A DNA stretch of 63,811 bases, the filler included, from Octopus bimaculoides (lineage: Eukaryota), in assembly GCF_001194135.2 (NCBI RefSeq). It is 5 parts of 5 records of this genome, joined end to end, with 100 filler letters (N's around TTAATTAATTAA, not from the genome) between each part and the next. Parts side by side here need not be neighbours in the genome. Positions count along the whole stretch, not along the records: positions 1 to 10,252 come from NC_068984.1; positions 10,353 to 25,325 come from NC_068987.1; 3 more parts are not named here. One strand, given 5' to 3'. The position numbers and the translations under genes were made by a program. A model generated the notes under the pieces. That model made no database searches. It worked only from the letters and a program-made list of their open reading frames with translations, and had not been told where the DNA came from. Shown piece by piece: positions 1 to 11,481 of this stretch; the stretch's first letter is position 1; each line of letters starts with the position of its first letter.

Positions 1-350
1 ATGCGAACACATTTCTCTCCTACAACATCACTATTCTCTCTCCTACACCGTCTTGCAACACGAAATACCTCGAGTCTTTGGTCCTCACGGCGCAGAACAT
101 TGGCAAATCTTTCCTTATCTGCTTCCCCTCTGGCTAAATAAACCTGTCGCCTAGCCTCCCTTCTGGCACATTGGTACAATTCCCTGCTACCACCGTTCTT
201 CCAGTCCTTCCAAGCTTGTTTCTTTTGTCTAATAGCCCTGTCTACCTCCTTGTTCCACCACCACGTTACTCTGGGTTGGGAGGTGACCTTACACCACCCA
301 CAAATCTGGTCGGTGGCTTTCAACAGGTTGTCCCGCAGAAATCTCCAATG
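1..350 (-). mobile_element. RTE-clade LINE ORF2 fragment (region between endonuclease and RT), running off the window edge
   Basis: Stop-free minus frame without ATG: HWRFLRDNLLKATDQICGWCKVTSQPRVTWWWNKEVDRAIRQKKQAWKDWKNGGSRELYQCARREARRQV...EVFRVARRCRRENSDVVGEKCVR. The xTWWWNxEV motif is typical of RTE ORF2. Confidence 0.85.
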
Positions 351-603
351 GAAGGGAAAAAAATCAAATTATAAATGTGGCAGCTTGAAGCTTTTGAAAA
401 TATCAAATATACATACATAGAAACATATATATTATGCCCTATTTACATGAACATATATGCAAATATATATACATACACAATTTGCATGCATATAATCAAT
501 AGGTGTGTATCCACATATTTGACTGCATTGAGCACTTTTTCTGTTTAGTACTAAAAAAAAAAAGGTAAATAAAAGAAAAAGGAGGAAAAAAGTAGAATAG
601 CAA

Positions 604-918
604 AGGCATGGCTGTGTGGTAAGAAGCTTGCTTCCCACCCACATGGTTCTGGGTTCAGTTCCCCTGCATGTTACTTTGGACAAGTGTCATCTATTAGAGC
701 CTTGGGCTCACCAAAGCTTTGAGTGAGTGGATTTGGTAGACAGAAATTGAAAAAAACCTGTCATATATATGTGTGTGTGTTCACCTCCACTACTTGACAA
801 CTGGTATTGGTGTGTTACATCCCCATAACTTAGTGGTTTGGCACAAGAGACTGATAGAATAAGTACCAGGCTTAGATAAAAATAAAGCATTGGGGGTCAA
901 TTCATTTGACTAAAGGCA
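604..918 (+). mobile_element. tRNA-headed SINE, family A
   Basis: Head GGCATGGCTGTGTGGTAAGAAGCTTGCTTCCCACCCACATGGTTCTGGGTTCAGTTCC and body GGCAAGTGTC...GTGAGTGGATTTGGTAGAC shared with at least 8 copies in the window; the 3' tail is replaced by a fold-back. Confidence 0.85.
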
Positions 919-949
919 GTGCCTTTAGTCAAATGAATTGACCCCCAAT
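889..949. repeat. Perfect 61-bp palindrome (30-bp arms, 1-nt spacer)
   Basis: ATTGGGGGTCAATTCATTTGACTAAAGGCA-G-TGCCTTTAGTCAAATGAATTGACCCCCAAT. Confidence 0.97.
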
Positions 950-1817
950 TAAGAGATATATATGCAATTCAAAATATAAACAAAACCATAAAATAAATTT
1001 TTATTTTTCAAAATAACACAAAACTAAGAAGGGAAAATAATTTTTATTTTTGTATATTTCTACTTTATTTATATTTGAAAAGTTTTCTCCTACTTGTTTT
1101 AATTGCAAAGATTTGATCAGATCCTCACCATGATACCACGAACACTTTGAAATTATATTTCTGATCATATAAAACTACTTTGATATTATTTTAGCAATTT
1201 TAGAGTAACTCTTGTGCCGTAAACCATTTATCATTTCTGATGTGCTTCCACTTCCCTTTAAACCCTAAGCATAAGCTTATTTTGTTTAATCCAGCACTGG
1301 TGTGCAACCTGGAGACAATAGTTCAGAGGGTGCATAGATTTTATTCCTGGACTGGTGGACAGGTGGTGCCCGAGCAAGGCGTTTCATTTCACAATGCTTT
1401 CAGTCTTCAGCTGCAAATGAGCAGTGACCTAGTATACTAGTGTTACTCTCTCTCCCTGTGACAATCACAGATATTCTGCAGGATCATATGTGGGAGAGTT
1501 GAGGGAGCATGCTTGTGTCCCTTCAAGGGCACTGACAACAATTAGCAAACACAAATACATGCAAGTATATCATCCCTGCTTTTGCGAGTGATGGTTGTAA
1601 GTTTTAAGATGGTTGAATCATGTAGCCTTCCCCATAACTAGTTCCTGAAGGACATGAAACTCCTTTGGTCCAACCCATTATTATAGACAGGGGAGGGCAA
1701 TATTAGGTATACAGCTGCTTGATATGAGCATCCACTCAGAATCCACAGAAATAAAAAAAGAAGGGTTTCTAATGAACTAGGCATCCCCTGCAGATCCCTC
1801 CGTCGACTTATGAATTG

Positions 1818-1941
1818 CTCCACATGGTTCCGGGTTTAGTCCCACTGCTTGACACCTTGGGCAAGTGTCTTCTACTATAGCCACTGGCCGAGCAAAGCCT
1901 TGTGAGTGGATTCGGTAGACGGAAACTGAAAGAAGCCCATC

Positions 1942-2000
<59 letters not shown>

Positions 2001-2208
2001 CATATGATTGTGTGTCTGTGTTTGTCCCCCCACCATCACTTGACAACCGATGCTGGTGTGTTTACGTCCCCGTAACTTAGCGGTTCGGCCAAAGAGACTG
2101 ATAGAATAAGTACTAGGCTTACAAAGAATAAGTCCTGGGGTCGATTTGCTCGACTAAAGGCGGTGCTCCAGCATGGCCGCAGTCAAATGACCGAAACAAA
2201 TAAAAGAG
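1818..2208 (+). mobile_element. SINE family A, 5'-truncated, with internal (TA)n/(TG)n
   Basis: CCACATGGTTCCGGGTTTAGTCCCACTGC...GACTAAAGGCGGTGCTCCAGCATGGCCGCAGTCAAATGACCGAAACAAATAAAAGAG, closely similar to the copy at 51304. Confidence 0.9.
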
Positions 2209-2470
2209 TTATATTAAACAACCGTAGATCTTCTGTATACCTGTATACCCAAGAGAGAAGGGGATATAAGGAGAGAGAGAGAGAAAGTGAGAGGGAGTGT
2301 GAGAGTGAGTGTGAGAGTGAGAGAGAGAGAGAGTGAGAGGAAATCCTACGGAAGGGATTTTACACACCCACCTCATTTTAATGTAGAACGGAGGAGGGAC
2401 AATGGTAGATTAGAAGATTCAAAATACGCGGACAGGCTAGCTAACAGGTAGATATGGATTTAAGTTTAGC

Positions 2471-2709
2471 CAGTAGTACTCAACAAATTTTCGCCTTTGG
2501 ACCCCTTTAATTCCTTGTTTTACTTTTGAGGACCCTAATAAACATTCGATGCCTTTTTGTAATTAAATATAAGGAATTGTGTAAACAATATTGTTAAATA
2601 TATTTTATGTATTATACAAGCATAACCAATTTATTGCACGTAAACTTTAACAACAGTATCATGCGGTCCCCTCCACAGGATCATACAGACCCCGGTTGAA
2701 AAACCACTG
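2471..2709. mobile_element. hAT-type MITE (degenerate)
   Basis: Imperfect TIRs CAGTAGTACTCAAC ... GTTGAAAAACCACTG with internal GGACCCC motifs like the 60388 element; putative 8-bp TSD matches at only 5/8. Confidence 0.55.
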
Positions 2710-2827
2710 TGGTAAGCAAAATAAGATGTTATCTGTGATAACTCAAAACATTGTGTATTAAGATTGTTTCAACAAGATTATCGTCATAGAAGGGCAATAA
2801 AAGAACTGAAAGAATTTATCACTTTAC

Positions 2828-3068
2828 CTCGAACGGAAGAGGTTTGTCCATCTTATTGTCGTTGCCTGTACCTACCGCGTAAGGTGGAGTCTTACTCTGT
2901 TCCTTGGGTAACAACTTCACCCTGTGACTCTCCACCAAACCGATCGGCTGGTTAGCTTTGTAATCGATGGGTTCGCGGTCACGTTCAGATATCGCTACTA
3001 GCACATAAGCCGACGGGTTCAACCTCTTGCTAGCAGCAAGTTGTACGAGAAGGTCCATCATCGCCATA
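2828..3068 (-). CDS. cobl: Internal coding exon of a Cordon-bleu (Cobl/COBLL1)-like gene, N-terminal ubiquitin-like (Cobl) domain
   Basis: Acceptor ctttctttttatcttattccAG|T ATG GCG; donor TTC GAG|GTaaagt. 241 nt = 1 + 80 codons: MAMMDLLVQLAASKRLNPSAYVLVAISERDREPIDYKANQPIGLVESHRVKLLPKEQSKTPPYAVGTGNDNKMDKPLPFE. Resembles, from memory, human COBL [55 protein letters not shown]. Confidence 0.88.
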
Positions 3069-4784
3069 CTGGAATAAGATAAAAAGAAAGGGGCCGGGAA
3101 CGAAAAAAAGGAGATTAGTAAAGGAAAAATAGAAAGAATATTACATACCTCCGATGGAGATTTCAACGATAAAGATTTCCAAATTGGCATTTTGCAAATG
3201 TAGTATACACACAAAAGTGTAAATATATATATATTTAAGTAATATACATCCAGGAGAGTGTTAACATCTTAAAGTACTTTTAAGTTGTATATCAAAAAGA
3301 TAATTATTATTATTAAATATACTGGAAAATGTTTTTGATTTTGCCTTTCAGAACTTGTTTTTGCTTTCAACTTTTTGTTTTCTTTCTTGATATTTTTTGG
3401 TAATGACGAAATAAACAAAGCAAATATTTTGCTAATTTGTTTTCATTTTCTTAAATATGCATTCATGAATATTAATTATTTATTTATTACGAGCGGTTGT
3501 GTACGGCAGAAATACATTAGTTTGGTCTAATATGGGGGTGGGTACAATATCACTTTTGGTTTTTGTTCTTTGAAAGCACTTCAAAATATAAACACGTTTT
3601 TTTGGTGTTTCTCTGTTCATGGGACATTTCTTTTTTAAACTAACTTTTGTTTGACACCCCACAGGGAGGAAATAAATAACTTATATATACACACATGTAT
3701 GTATATACGCACATATGTATGTATATCTATCGTACTTTAAATATGTGAAGAGGGAGAAAGAGTAGTGCGAAGAATTAAAATCTTGGCAGTTTGTTTGTGT
3801 TGTAAGTTGGTTTCTGACAAACTCCAGTCTGCTAGATTAGGGTAAATACCCGTCCCAGACCAGTTTCTTTTAACTGGACGGCATTGATTGTGTAGACATC
3901 TCCAGGTGAAAGAACGAATGAGATTACTGTAAACAGTACCCAGGTATGTCGTTCCGGTTGGGTAGGGGACGGAATAAAGAGGATGAGAGGGAGGTGGAGA
4001 CTTACAGGTAACCTGAGTGGTCGGAGATGGTGGTGGTGGGCAGAGTGGTGACACGTGGAGAAAGAGAGAGATAGAGAGAGAGAGTCTGTGTGTAAGGTGT
4101 ATATGTACGTAAGCGGGGTGGAGCGAGAATAAGAACAATATAAGAAAGGTAGAGGAGGAATAATAAGTAGAGATTGATAAATAAGAAGATAGACTGAGAA
4201 AGAGAGAGTCCAACAAACACAGGTAGATATTGAGGGAGAGATAAAGTCAGGTAAAAAAAAGTTGGGGGTAAAAGCGGGTACAACTACACACTGTGCCTTG
4301 AGTGACGATCAAGGATAGATTCCTTTAACCACCAGTATTGTGTACATCTTTTCTTCACGATCCAACGAGGAAGCCTCTGTGTCCCTCAAATCTTAGACAT
4401 AACATATCGATAATGTAATCCTAAATAGTCCTAAAAAGTCGGGATAGTCACGGCTGGAGTTTTTTTTCTTTATCACAGATCTTCTCAGTCAAGGCTGACC
4501 GAGGGTTAAACAACGTGTAGATCCGTGTCGATGCACTGGGGAATACTTTATGCGGTCGCTCGACATGCTAGAAATAGCAGCCAAATCTCATGTTAGCTGT
4601 CTTGAAATGGAAGAATACATCGTATAATGTATTTGTTAACGTCGTATGTCAGATTATAAGATAGGATAGTCATGAATGGAATGGTTTTGATTATAGATAT
4701 GCTTGTTCACGGCCGATCCGTACGTCAATGTTTGTCAGGTAAAACGAATGACCACCAGTAAGTAAGTCTTCCTTTGGCCACCCC

Positions 4785-5280
4785 AGGCGCGTGACTTAAT
4801 AGTTAGGGTTCACGATCATAAAGTCGTGAGTTCAATTCCTGGCGGTGCAAGCATTTTATTTCACGTTGCTCCAGTCCACTCGGCTGGCTAAAATGAGTTG
4901 TACCTGTAATTCAATTGACCAGCCTTGTTACATTCTGTGTCACCCACTGGCTCGGGAACGAAATTTGTTAAGGGGGTGCAAACCTAGGTCCGTTTAATTT
5001 GTTTTTGTTCTTTGAGAAGAAACCTAACTTGGAGCTTCTTTTTGCAAACCTGAGTAAAGTAATTAGGGGTGCAAATTTTTGAGTTTGCACTCCACAAAAA
5101 TTCTAGGGGGTGCACTTGCACCTCTTGCACTCCGTTTTCGGGTCTGTCACCTCGAATCTCAAAGAGAACTACGTTAAGAGTATGCGTGTCTGCGGAGTGC
5201 TCAGCCACTTGCACATTAATTTCACGAGCAGGCTGTTCCGAGCAACTGGAACCCTCGTCGTCGTAAGCGACGGAGTACCA
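4785..5280 (+). mobile_element. tRNA-headed SINE (C-type head, D-type tail) interrupted by a 201-bp insertion
   Basis: Head GGCGCGTGACTTAATAGTTAGGG...GAGTTCAATTCC. The tail GAGAACTACGTTAAG...GTCGTAAGCGACGGAGT matches the reverse complement of 58081-58210. Confidence 0.75.
4944..5144. mobile_element. Short non-autonomous insertion with repeated GGGGTGCA/TTGCAC motifs, flanked by a TGTCAC duplication
   Basis: TGTCAC at 4938-4943 and 5145-5150; SINE sequence resumes after the insert; three GGGGTGCA motifs inside. Confidence 0.55.
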
Positions 5281-5334
5281 ATTTTTTTTTTTTTTTTTTA
5301 CCTAAATGACCATCACCTTTAAACACTTATCACC

Positions 5335-5680
5335 AGAACTGTTAGAAATAGCAACTAAATCTCCTTCAAATCACATTAAATTGATTGAAAACAGAAGAGC
5401 ATTGTCTGGCACACGTCTAAAAACAAACGGGGTGGTCACAGGCGGAATGCTTTTGATCATAATTTTACTCAAATAATGCTGACCTGGTATTAACAACAAC
5501 AAAGTAGAAGGAACCTTCAAGTTGTCCCTTGACATGCGAGAAATAGCAGCTAAGTCTCCTTAAATCACATCCTACTGACTTAAGAAAGAAAAGACATAAT
5601 CGATGATGTGGTTCTAGAAACACCATGTCTGGAAACAAAAGAAATGACGGGATGGTCACGAGTTGAACGTCTTGGAGTTT
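5335..5680 (+). mobile_element. Two adjacent copies of interspersed repeat family E (also near 4420-4720, 8590-8700 rc, 9175-9345, 44890-45200 rc)
   Basis: Shared GCTAGAAATAGCAGCYAAATCT ... GGGATGGTCACRGCTGGAATG ... TGATCATAG ... GACCTGG ... (AAC)n tail. Confidence 0.7.
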
Positions 5681-5865
5681 GAGTTTATTGATCCAAGGTG
5701 CAAGGGGAGGCAACTTAACTTGACACCAATGCATGACAGGTACCTTTATTTTCAAAATAGTTATCTGCATCTACGCACACGCACACACACACACACACAC
5801 ACACATAGCACAAATACACACATATAGACATACATGCTCTGTAACGACAGAGCACATAGGCAGTT

Positions 5866-6235
5866 TACAGTTAGGATTAGCGTTTAGAGTTACTGAGTTA
5901 GAATATAGGATTAGGGTTTAGATTTTGGATTAAGGCTTAGGGTGTAGGTTTGAGTTTAGGGTTAAGGTCTTAGTGGTCAAAGTTCAAGTTTTGAGTTAAG
6001 GTTTAGGATTAGAGTTTTACTTTAGGGTTTAAGCTTAGTGTGTTGGGATTAATTTTAGGGTTAAATTTAAGGTTTAGGGTTAGGGCTTATGTGTATCATT
6101 TAGGGTTCTGGTTTAAAAGTAAGGTTCCGGGTTCAGAATTTAGAGTTAGATTTAAGGCTGGACTTCAGGGCTAGAGTTTAGATTTGGGGGTTATAGGTTA
6201 GGCTCGGGATTAAGTGTAATGTTTAGGGCAGGGGC
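5866..6235 (+). repeat. Degenerate interstitial telomere-like (TTAGGG)n array
   Basis: About 370 bp of TTAGGG/TTAGAG/TTAAGG/TTAGGA variants. Confidence 0.8.
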
Positions 6236-6603
6236 TACAAATATATTGAAGATGCTTTTTATAAAAATTTTCTATTTCAAATAAGGATTTAGCTGTTATT
6301 TTGCTATATTGAAAAATGCATGTCTTTTTTTTCAAGCACTCTTCCCATTAGAACCTTGTTTCATAATAATATTTTTAATATGTGTATTTTCTGTATGTAC
6401 AAAAGAATCAAATAATTTATTTTACATTTTGAAATATATACCAATATTTCCCATCCATGGTTTCCAGGAACTCTACAGTTCCATGAGAGTTTGCTAAGGG
6501 TTCCACAAGAAATACTGATAAATGCAGTAATTACATGTAAACGAATTTTTGAGTCATTTTCATGTTTATTATAAATGCACAGTGTATTCCAAATGTGAAG
6601 GTG

Positions 6604-6925
6604 CATGGCTCAATGGTTAGAGTGTTGGACGTTCGATTCCTGGACTGGGCTGCGTGTTCTGCTCTTGAACAAGACACGTTATTTCACGTTGCTCCAGTTC
6701 ATTCAGCTGTAGAAATGAGTTGTGATGTCACAGGTGCCAAGTTGTATCAGCTTTTACTTCTCCTTTGGATAATTATGGTGGAATGACAAGTGGAAGCTGG
6801 TATGTATGGGCAACTGCTGGTCTTTCATAAACAACATTGCCCAGACTTGTGCCTTGGACGGGCACTTTCTAGGTGCAATCCTATGGTCATTCATGATCGA
6901 AAGAGGTCATTACCCTTTATATTCC
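6604..6925 (+). mobile_element. tRNA-headed SINE, family C
   Basis: CATGGCTCAATGGTTAGAGTGTTGGAC-GTTCGATTCC (box A/B), then TTTCACGTTGCTCCAGTTCA...CTAGGTGCAATCCTATGGTCATTCATGA, shared with 21500 and 53270. Confidence 0.8.
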
Positions 6926-7149
6926 AAATACTGGCACCTTTGGATTGTAAAGACATGCTAAGGGAGAGAATAACCTCTTAACAGGGAATTCTTGAAATGT
7001 CTGTTCTAAACAAGGTGAGATTTCTTAAACCTAATCCGAGGCATCTGAAGAATTTAGCACAGCCAAACTTTTCAAAGAAGTTTTTTGAATTGTTTTAATC
7101 TCTTATGAGTTTGAATTTTTAAAAAGAGAAATAAAAAGATTAATAGCCC

Positions 7150-7400
7150 TCCATTACAAGTGTTGGCATGAACACGTCCTCTGCCTTCTGTCAGATCATC
7201 CTACCAAGGCCTTACTCTTGTCTGATGCAGCAGCTTCAAGCTGACAGAGACCCCATGTCAGACCCTACACCAGATGGGTAGATGTGATTAAGGAAGATCT
7301 TCAGAGACTTGATGTCACCTTGGAGGATGCAAAAGGGCTGGTACAGGACCACTTGTGATGGTGGGCACTGGTGGACCTGGTTGGCTCTCTACACGATGAC
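7150..7400 (+). mobile_element. RTE-type LINE ORF2 3'-end relic
   Basis: WHEHVLCLLSDHPTKALLL ... RPHVRPYTRWVDVIKEDLQRLDVTLEDAKGLVQDHL*WWALV, a decayed version of the WFGHV..RPRGRP..RWxDxIKEDL..AQDR..WR terminus. Confidence 0.7.
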
Positions 7401-7562
7401 ACCTTTGGGACAACTACTCTGGGATGTCCCCAGCACCATCGAACTAGAGCAGAGCAGAGCAGAGAGAGAGAGAGAGGTGGGGGAGAGGGATGGTATTTCA
7501 AAGATGGGAAACCTTGATCCAATGTGCTGTTTCATTACTTGATACAGTGGGGTATTTTTTAA

Positions 7563-8119
7563 CCCTTTAGCATTTAAACCAACCATACCTGGTCCAAATA
7601 TTCTACCTGTTTTATGTTCAAACTAGCCAGATCCAGCCTCTCACACCTTCCCTACAATGTCATTCCAAAAATACACAAACATATCACTGAAATCTTAAAG
7701 CTACAAGATGTTTGATTAATTTAACCCTGTGTCGTATAGCCAGCCAGAGAAGATGTCTCCTGGGGCTAAATTACTGCAACATTCATCCTAAACCAGGACT
7801 GCCATGTTATGTTGGCAAACAATCTATACTATAATTTAACCCTTCCGTTACCAATCCAGCTAGAACCAGCTCTGGCTTTGAGTACAAATATCTTGTTTTT
7901 ATAAGTTTTGAATTAAAATCTTCCACCAAACCTTAGTCATAATTTATGTTCCTAACACTAGCTGAATGATAAATAAGTTATTTTACTAAATTCTTTGTTA
8001 TATTTAAAATTAATTGAAAGAAACACAGAGCATCTCAACAGAAATATGGTAACAAAAGGGTTAAAACAATGTGAATAAAAAAGAATTATATTTGACAAAG
8101 AAATCTGAATGCTAAATGG
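7563..8119. mobile_element. piggyBac-type MITE (outer)
   Basis: TTAA(7559-7562) CCCTTTAGCATT ... AATGCTAAATGG TTAA(8120-8123). Confidence 0.7.
7840..8060. mobile_element. piggyBac-type MITE nested in the previous one
   Basis: TTAA(7836-7839) CCCTTCCGTTACCA ... TGGTAACAAAAGGG TTAA(8061-8064). Confidence 0.75.
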
Positions 8120-8774
8120 TTAAGGGAGATTTGACAAATATTTCTAGTGGTGCATGGCAAAAAAGCATGACCATCCCAGCTAATTCCATCGTTCCACCCA
8201 TGTCCTTCCCTGCTGAAAATGAAGAGTAAAGACAAAAACACCTTAAGCCATCTTGGAGTGGAGGTGTGTGTGTGTGTGTATGGGGGGAATGTGTCACATC
8301 ACTCACTGTGTTAATGAAACAATCTCTATATTGTTATGATATGGTTGGTATGTCAGTGGAGGTGGTATTGGTGGTGGTGGAGGCGATTCTGATTGTGGTG
8401 GTGGTGGTGGAAGTGGTGGTGTACAGAGTGGTGGTGAGAGATGCCATTGCTTAAGATTGAGGTCAGTCATTGAACAATAGACCTGAACTGGAGGAGGAGG
8501 AGGAGGAGAGAAAAAGGGAAGAAACTGGTGACAAGTGGACAATGGTTGGCTGTGTGGCAGTGTTGTTGTTGTTGTTGTTGGTGGTGGTGTAGTTTAGCCC
8601 CAGGTCGTTCTTGATGTAGAAGATGACTTATCTATATGATCAAAGGTGTCCCAACTGGAGCCATCCCATCTTAATATTCTACAACTGCTCCATGATGGCA
8701 GAGCGTGAGTTGAAGGAGGAGATTTAACTGTAGTTTCTAGCAGGTAGAATGACCTTACTAAGGCTCTCTCAATG

Positions 8775-8960
<186 letters not shown>

Positions 8961-9842
8961 GATGGTGATAGTGGTGATGATGACAGCAGTGTTGTCAGGA
9001 AAAGTTCATTTGATGGTTAAAAGAAATTTCAAGAATTCTTACAGTAACTAAAAGCAACATCTACTTTAATAACAATAACAACAACAAAAACACCCAGGAA
9101 CAGCAACAATAACAACAACACCTTCTCTAACAACAACAACAACAACAATAACAGCAACATAACGAGCCAAAATGGTTGCTAGAAAGAGCAGCCAAATCTA
9201 AAAATCACACATTTCATAATGTGTGCATTATATATAGGTGCAGATACACCTATATCTAAAAAGATGGGATGGCCAAAGCTGGAATGTCTCTTGCCATAGA
9301 TCTGCTTGATTAGACCTAGGGTTAAACAGCAGCAGCAACAAGAAGAACACTTCATGAAGGAGTCTCTATGTTAGTGGTTCTCAATCATTTTTTGCCTGTG
9401 CACCCCAATGGTTCCTGTTTTATTTCGATGAACCCCTAGAGCCATTTGATATTTTTTTTAAAAATCATATTTTTACGACAAAATATTTTTAAGAGTTCAT
9501 CATCATCATCATCATCATTGTTTAAAGTCCGTTATCCAGGCTGACATGGGTGGGACGGTTTGAATGGGGATTGGCAAGCCAGGTCACACTAGGCCCCAAT
9601 CTGATCTGGCAATGTTTCTACAACTGGATACCCTTCCTAATGCCAACCACTCCGAGAGTGTAGTGGGTGCTTTTTATGTGCCGCTGGCATAGGGGCCAGT
9701 CAAGGTGGTACTAGCATCAGTCACATTCGGATAGTGCTTTTTATGTGCCACCGGCACGGGAGTCAGTCAGGCGGCAAAAATTATCCAAAATATTTGGTGT
9801 ATTTTAGAAGTGGAACCAATTTATTACTTTGTCACTCTTTTA

Positions 9843-10191
9843 TTTGTGTCAATCATTTGACTGCAGCCATGCTGGAGCACCGCCTTTAGTCAAGCAAATC
9901 AATCCCAGGACTTATTCTTTGTAAGCCTTGTACTTATTCTATTGGTCTCTTTTGCTGAACCGCTAAATTATAGGGGTGGAAACTTACCAGCATCGGTTGG
10001 GTGGGGACAAACACAGACACACAAACATATACATATATACGACAGGCTTCTTTCAGTTTCCATCTACCAAATCCACTCACAACTTTTTGGTCGGCCCGAG
10101 GCTATAGTAGAAGACACTTGCCCAAGGTGTCACGCAGTGGGACTGAACCCGGAACCATGTGGTTCGTAAGCAAGCTACTTACCACACAGTC
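9843..10191 (-). mobile_element. SINE family A
   Basis: Reverse complement of family A, from TTTGACTGCAGCCATGCTGGAGCACCGCC to GAACCCGGAACCATGTGG...TTACCACACAG. Confidence 0.9.
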
Positions 10192-10296
10192 AGTGATGGT
10201 GACTAACTAATTGTAAAAATATTCAAAACAATGATACCAAGTAACACTGGTGNNNNNNNNNNNNNNNNNNNNNNNNNNNNNNNNNNNNNNNNNNNN

Positions 10297-10308
10297 TTAA
10301 TTAATTAA
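10297..10308. other. Assembly linker TTAATTAATTAA centred in 100-bp gaps (also 25370-25381, 35797-35808, 62747-62758)
   Basis: Identical 12-mer flanked by 44 N on each side, four times; it contains stops in all six frames. Confidence 0.95.
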
Positions 10309-10363
10309 NNNNNNNNNNNNNNNNNNNNNNNNNNNNNNNNNNNNNNNNNNNNTATATACATAT

Positions 10364-10397
<34 letters not shown>

Positions 10398-10518
10398 GTG
10401 TATGTATATGTATATATATAAACATATATATGTATGCATACGTATATATACATACATATACACACACACTCATATATATATGTGTATATGTATAAACACA
10501 CACACACACACACAAACG

Positions 10519-10563
<45 letters not shown>

Positions 10564-11436
10564 GGAGAAAGATAAACAAATATGGCAAATATACACTCAT
10601 ACGTACAAGCACACGCATATATGAGGAGAACATAATTGATGNNNNNNNNNNNNNNNNNNNNNNNNNNNNNNNNNNNNNNNNNNNNNNNNNNNNNNNNNNN
10701 NNNNNNNNNNNNNNNNNNNNNNNNNNNNNNNNNNNNNNNNNNNNNNNNNNNNNNNNNNNNNNNNNNNNNNNNNNNNNNNNNNNNNNNNNNNNNNNNNNNN
10801 NNNNNNNNNNNNNNNNNNNNNNNNNNNNNNNNNNNNNNNNNNNNNNNNNNNNNNNNNNNNNNNNNNNNNNNNNNNNNNNNNNNNNNNNNNNNNNNNNNNN
10901 NNNNNNNNNNNNNNNNNNNNNNNNNNNNNNNNNNNNNNNNNNNNNNNNNNNNNNNNNNNNNNNNNNNNNNNNNNNNNNNNNNNNNNNNNNNNNNNNNNNN
11001 NNNNNNNNNNNNNNNNNNNNNNNNNNNNNNNNNNNNNNNNNNNNNNNNNNNNNNNNNNNNNNNNNNNNNNNNNNNNNNNNNNNNNNNNNNNNNNNNNNNN
11101 NNNNNNNNNNNNNNNNNNNNNNNNNNNNNNNNNNNNNNNNNNNNNNNNNNNNNNNNNNNNNNNNNNNNNNNNNNNNNNNNNNNNNNNNNNNNNNNNNNNN
11201 NNNNNNNNNNNNNNNNNNNNNNNNNNNNNNNNNNNNNNNNNNNNNNNNNNNNNNNNNNNNNNNNNNNNNNNNNNNNNNNNNNNNNNNNNNNNNNNNNNNN
11301 NNNNNNNNNNNNNNNNNNNNNNNNNNNNNNNNNNNNNNNNNNNNNNNNNNNNNNNNNNNNNNNNNNNNNNNNNNNNNNNNNNNNNNNNNNNNNNNNNNNN
11401 NNNNNNNNNNNNNNNNNNNNNNNNNNNNNNNNNNNN

Positions 11437-11481
<45 letters not shown>

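Noticed and set aside
4984-5214. ORF MQVAEHSADTHTLNVVLFEIRG as an upstream Cobl exon
   Set aside because: It is the SINE-D tail (matches 58081-58210 rc) plus an insertion.
8140-8209. Acceptor-like site followed by GKDMGGTMELAGMV on the minus strand
   Set aside because: No suitable donor, it overlaps repeat-family-E-like sequence, and similarity to Cobl is poor.
10253-10352. Recurrent TTAATTAATTAA motif (4 copies) as a biological element
   Set aside because: It always sits centred in a 44N-12-44N gap and has stops in all frames, so it is an assembly linker.
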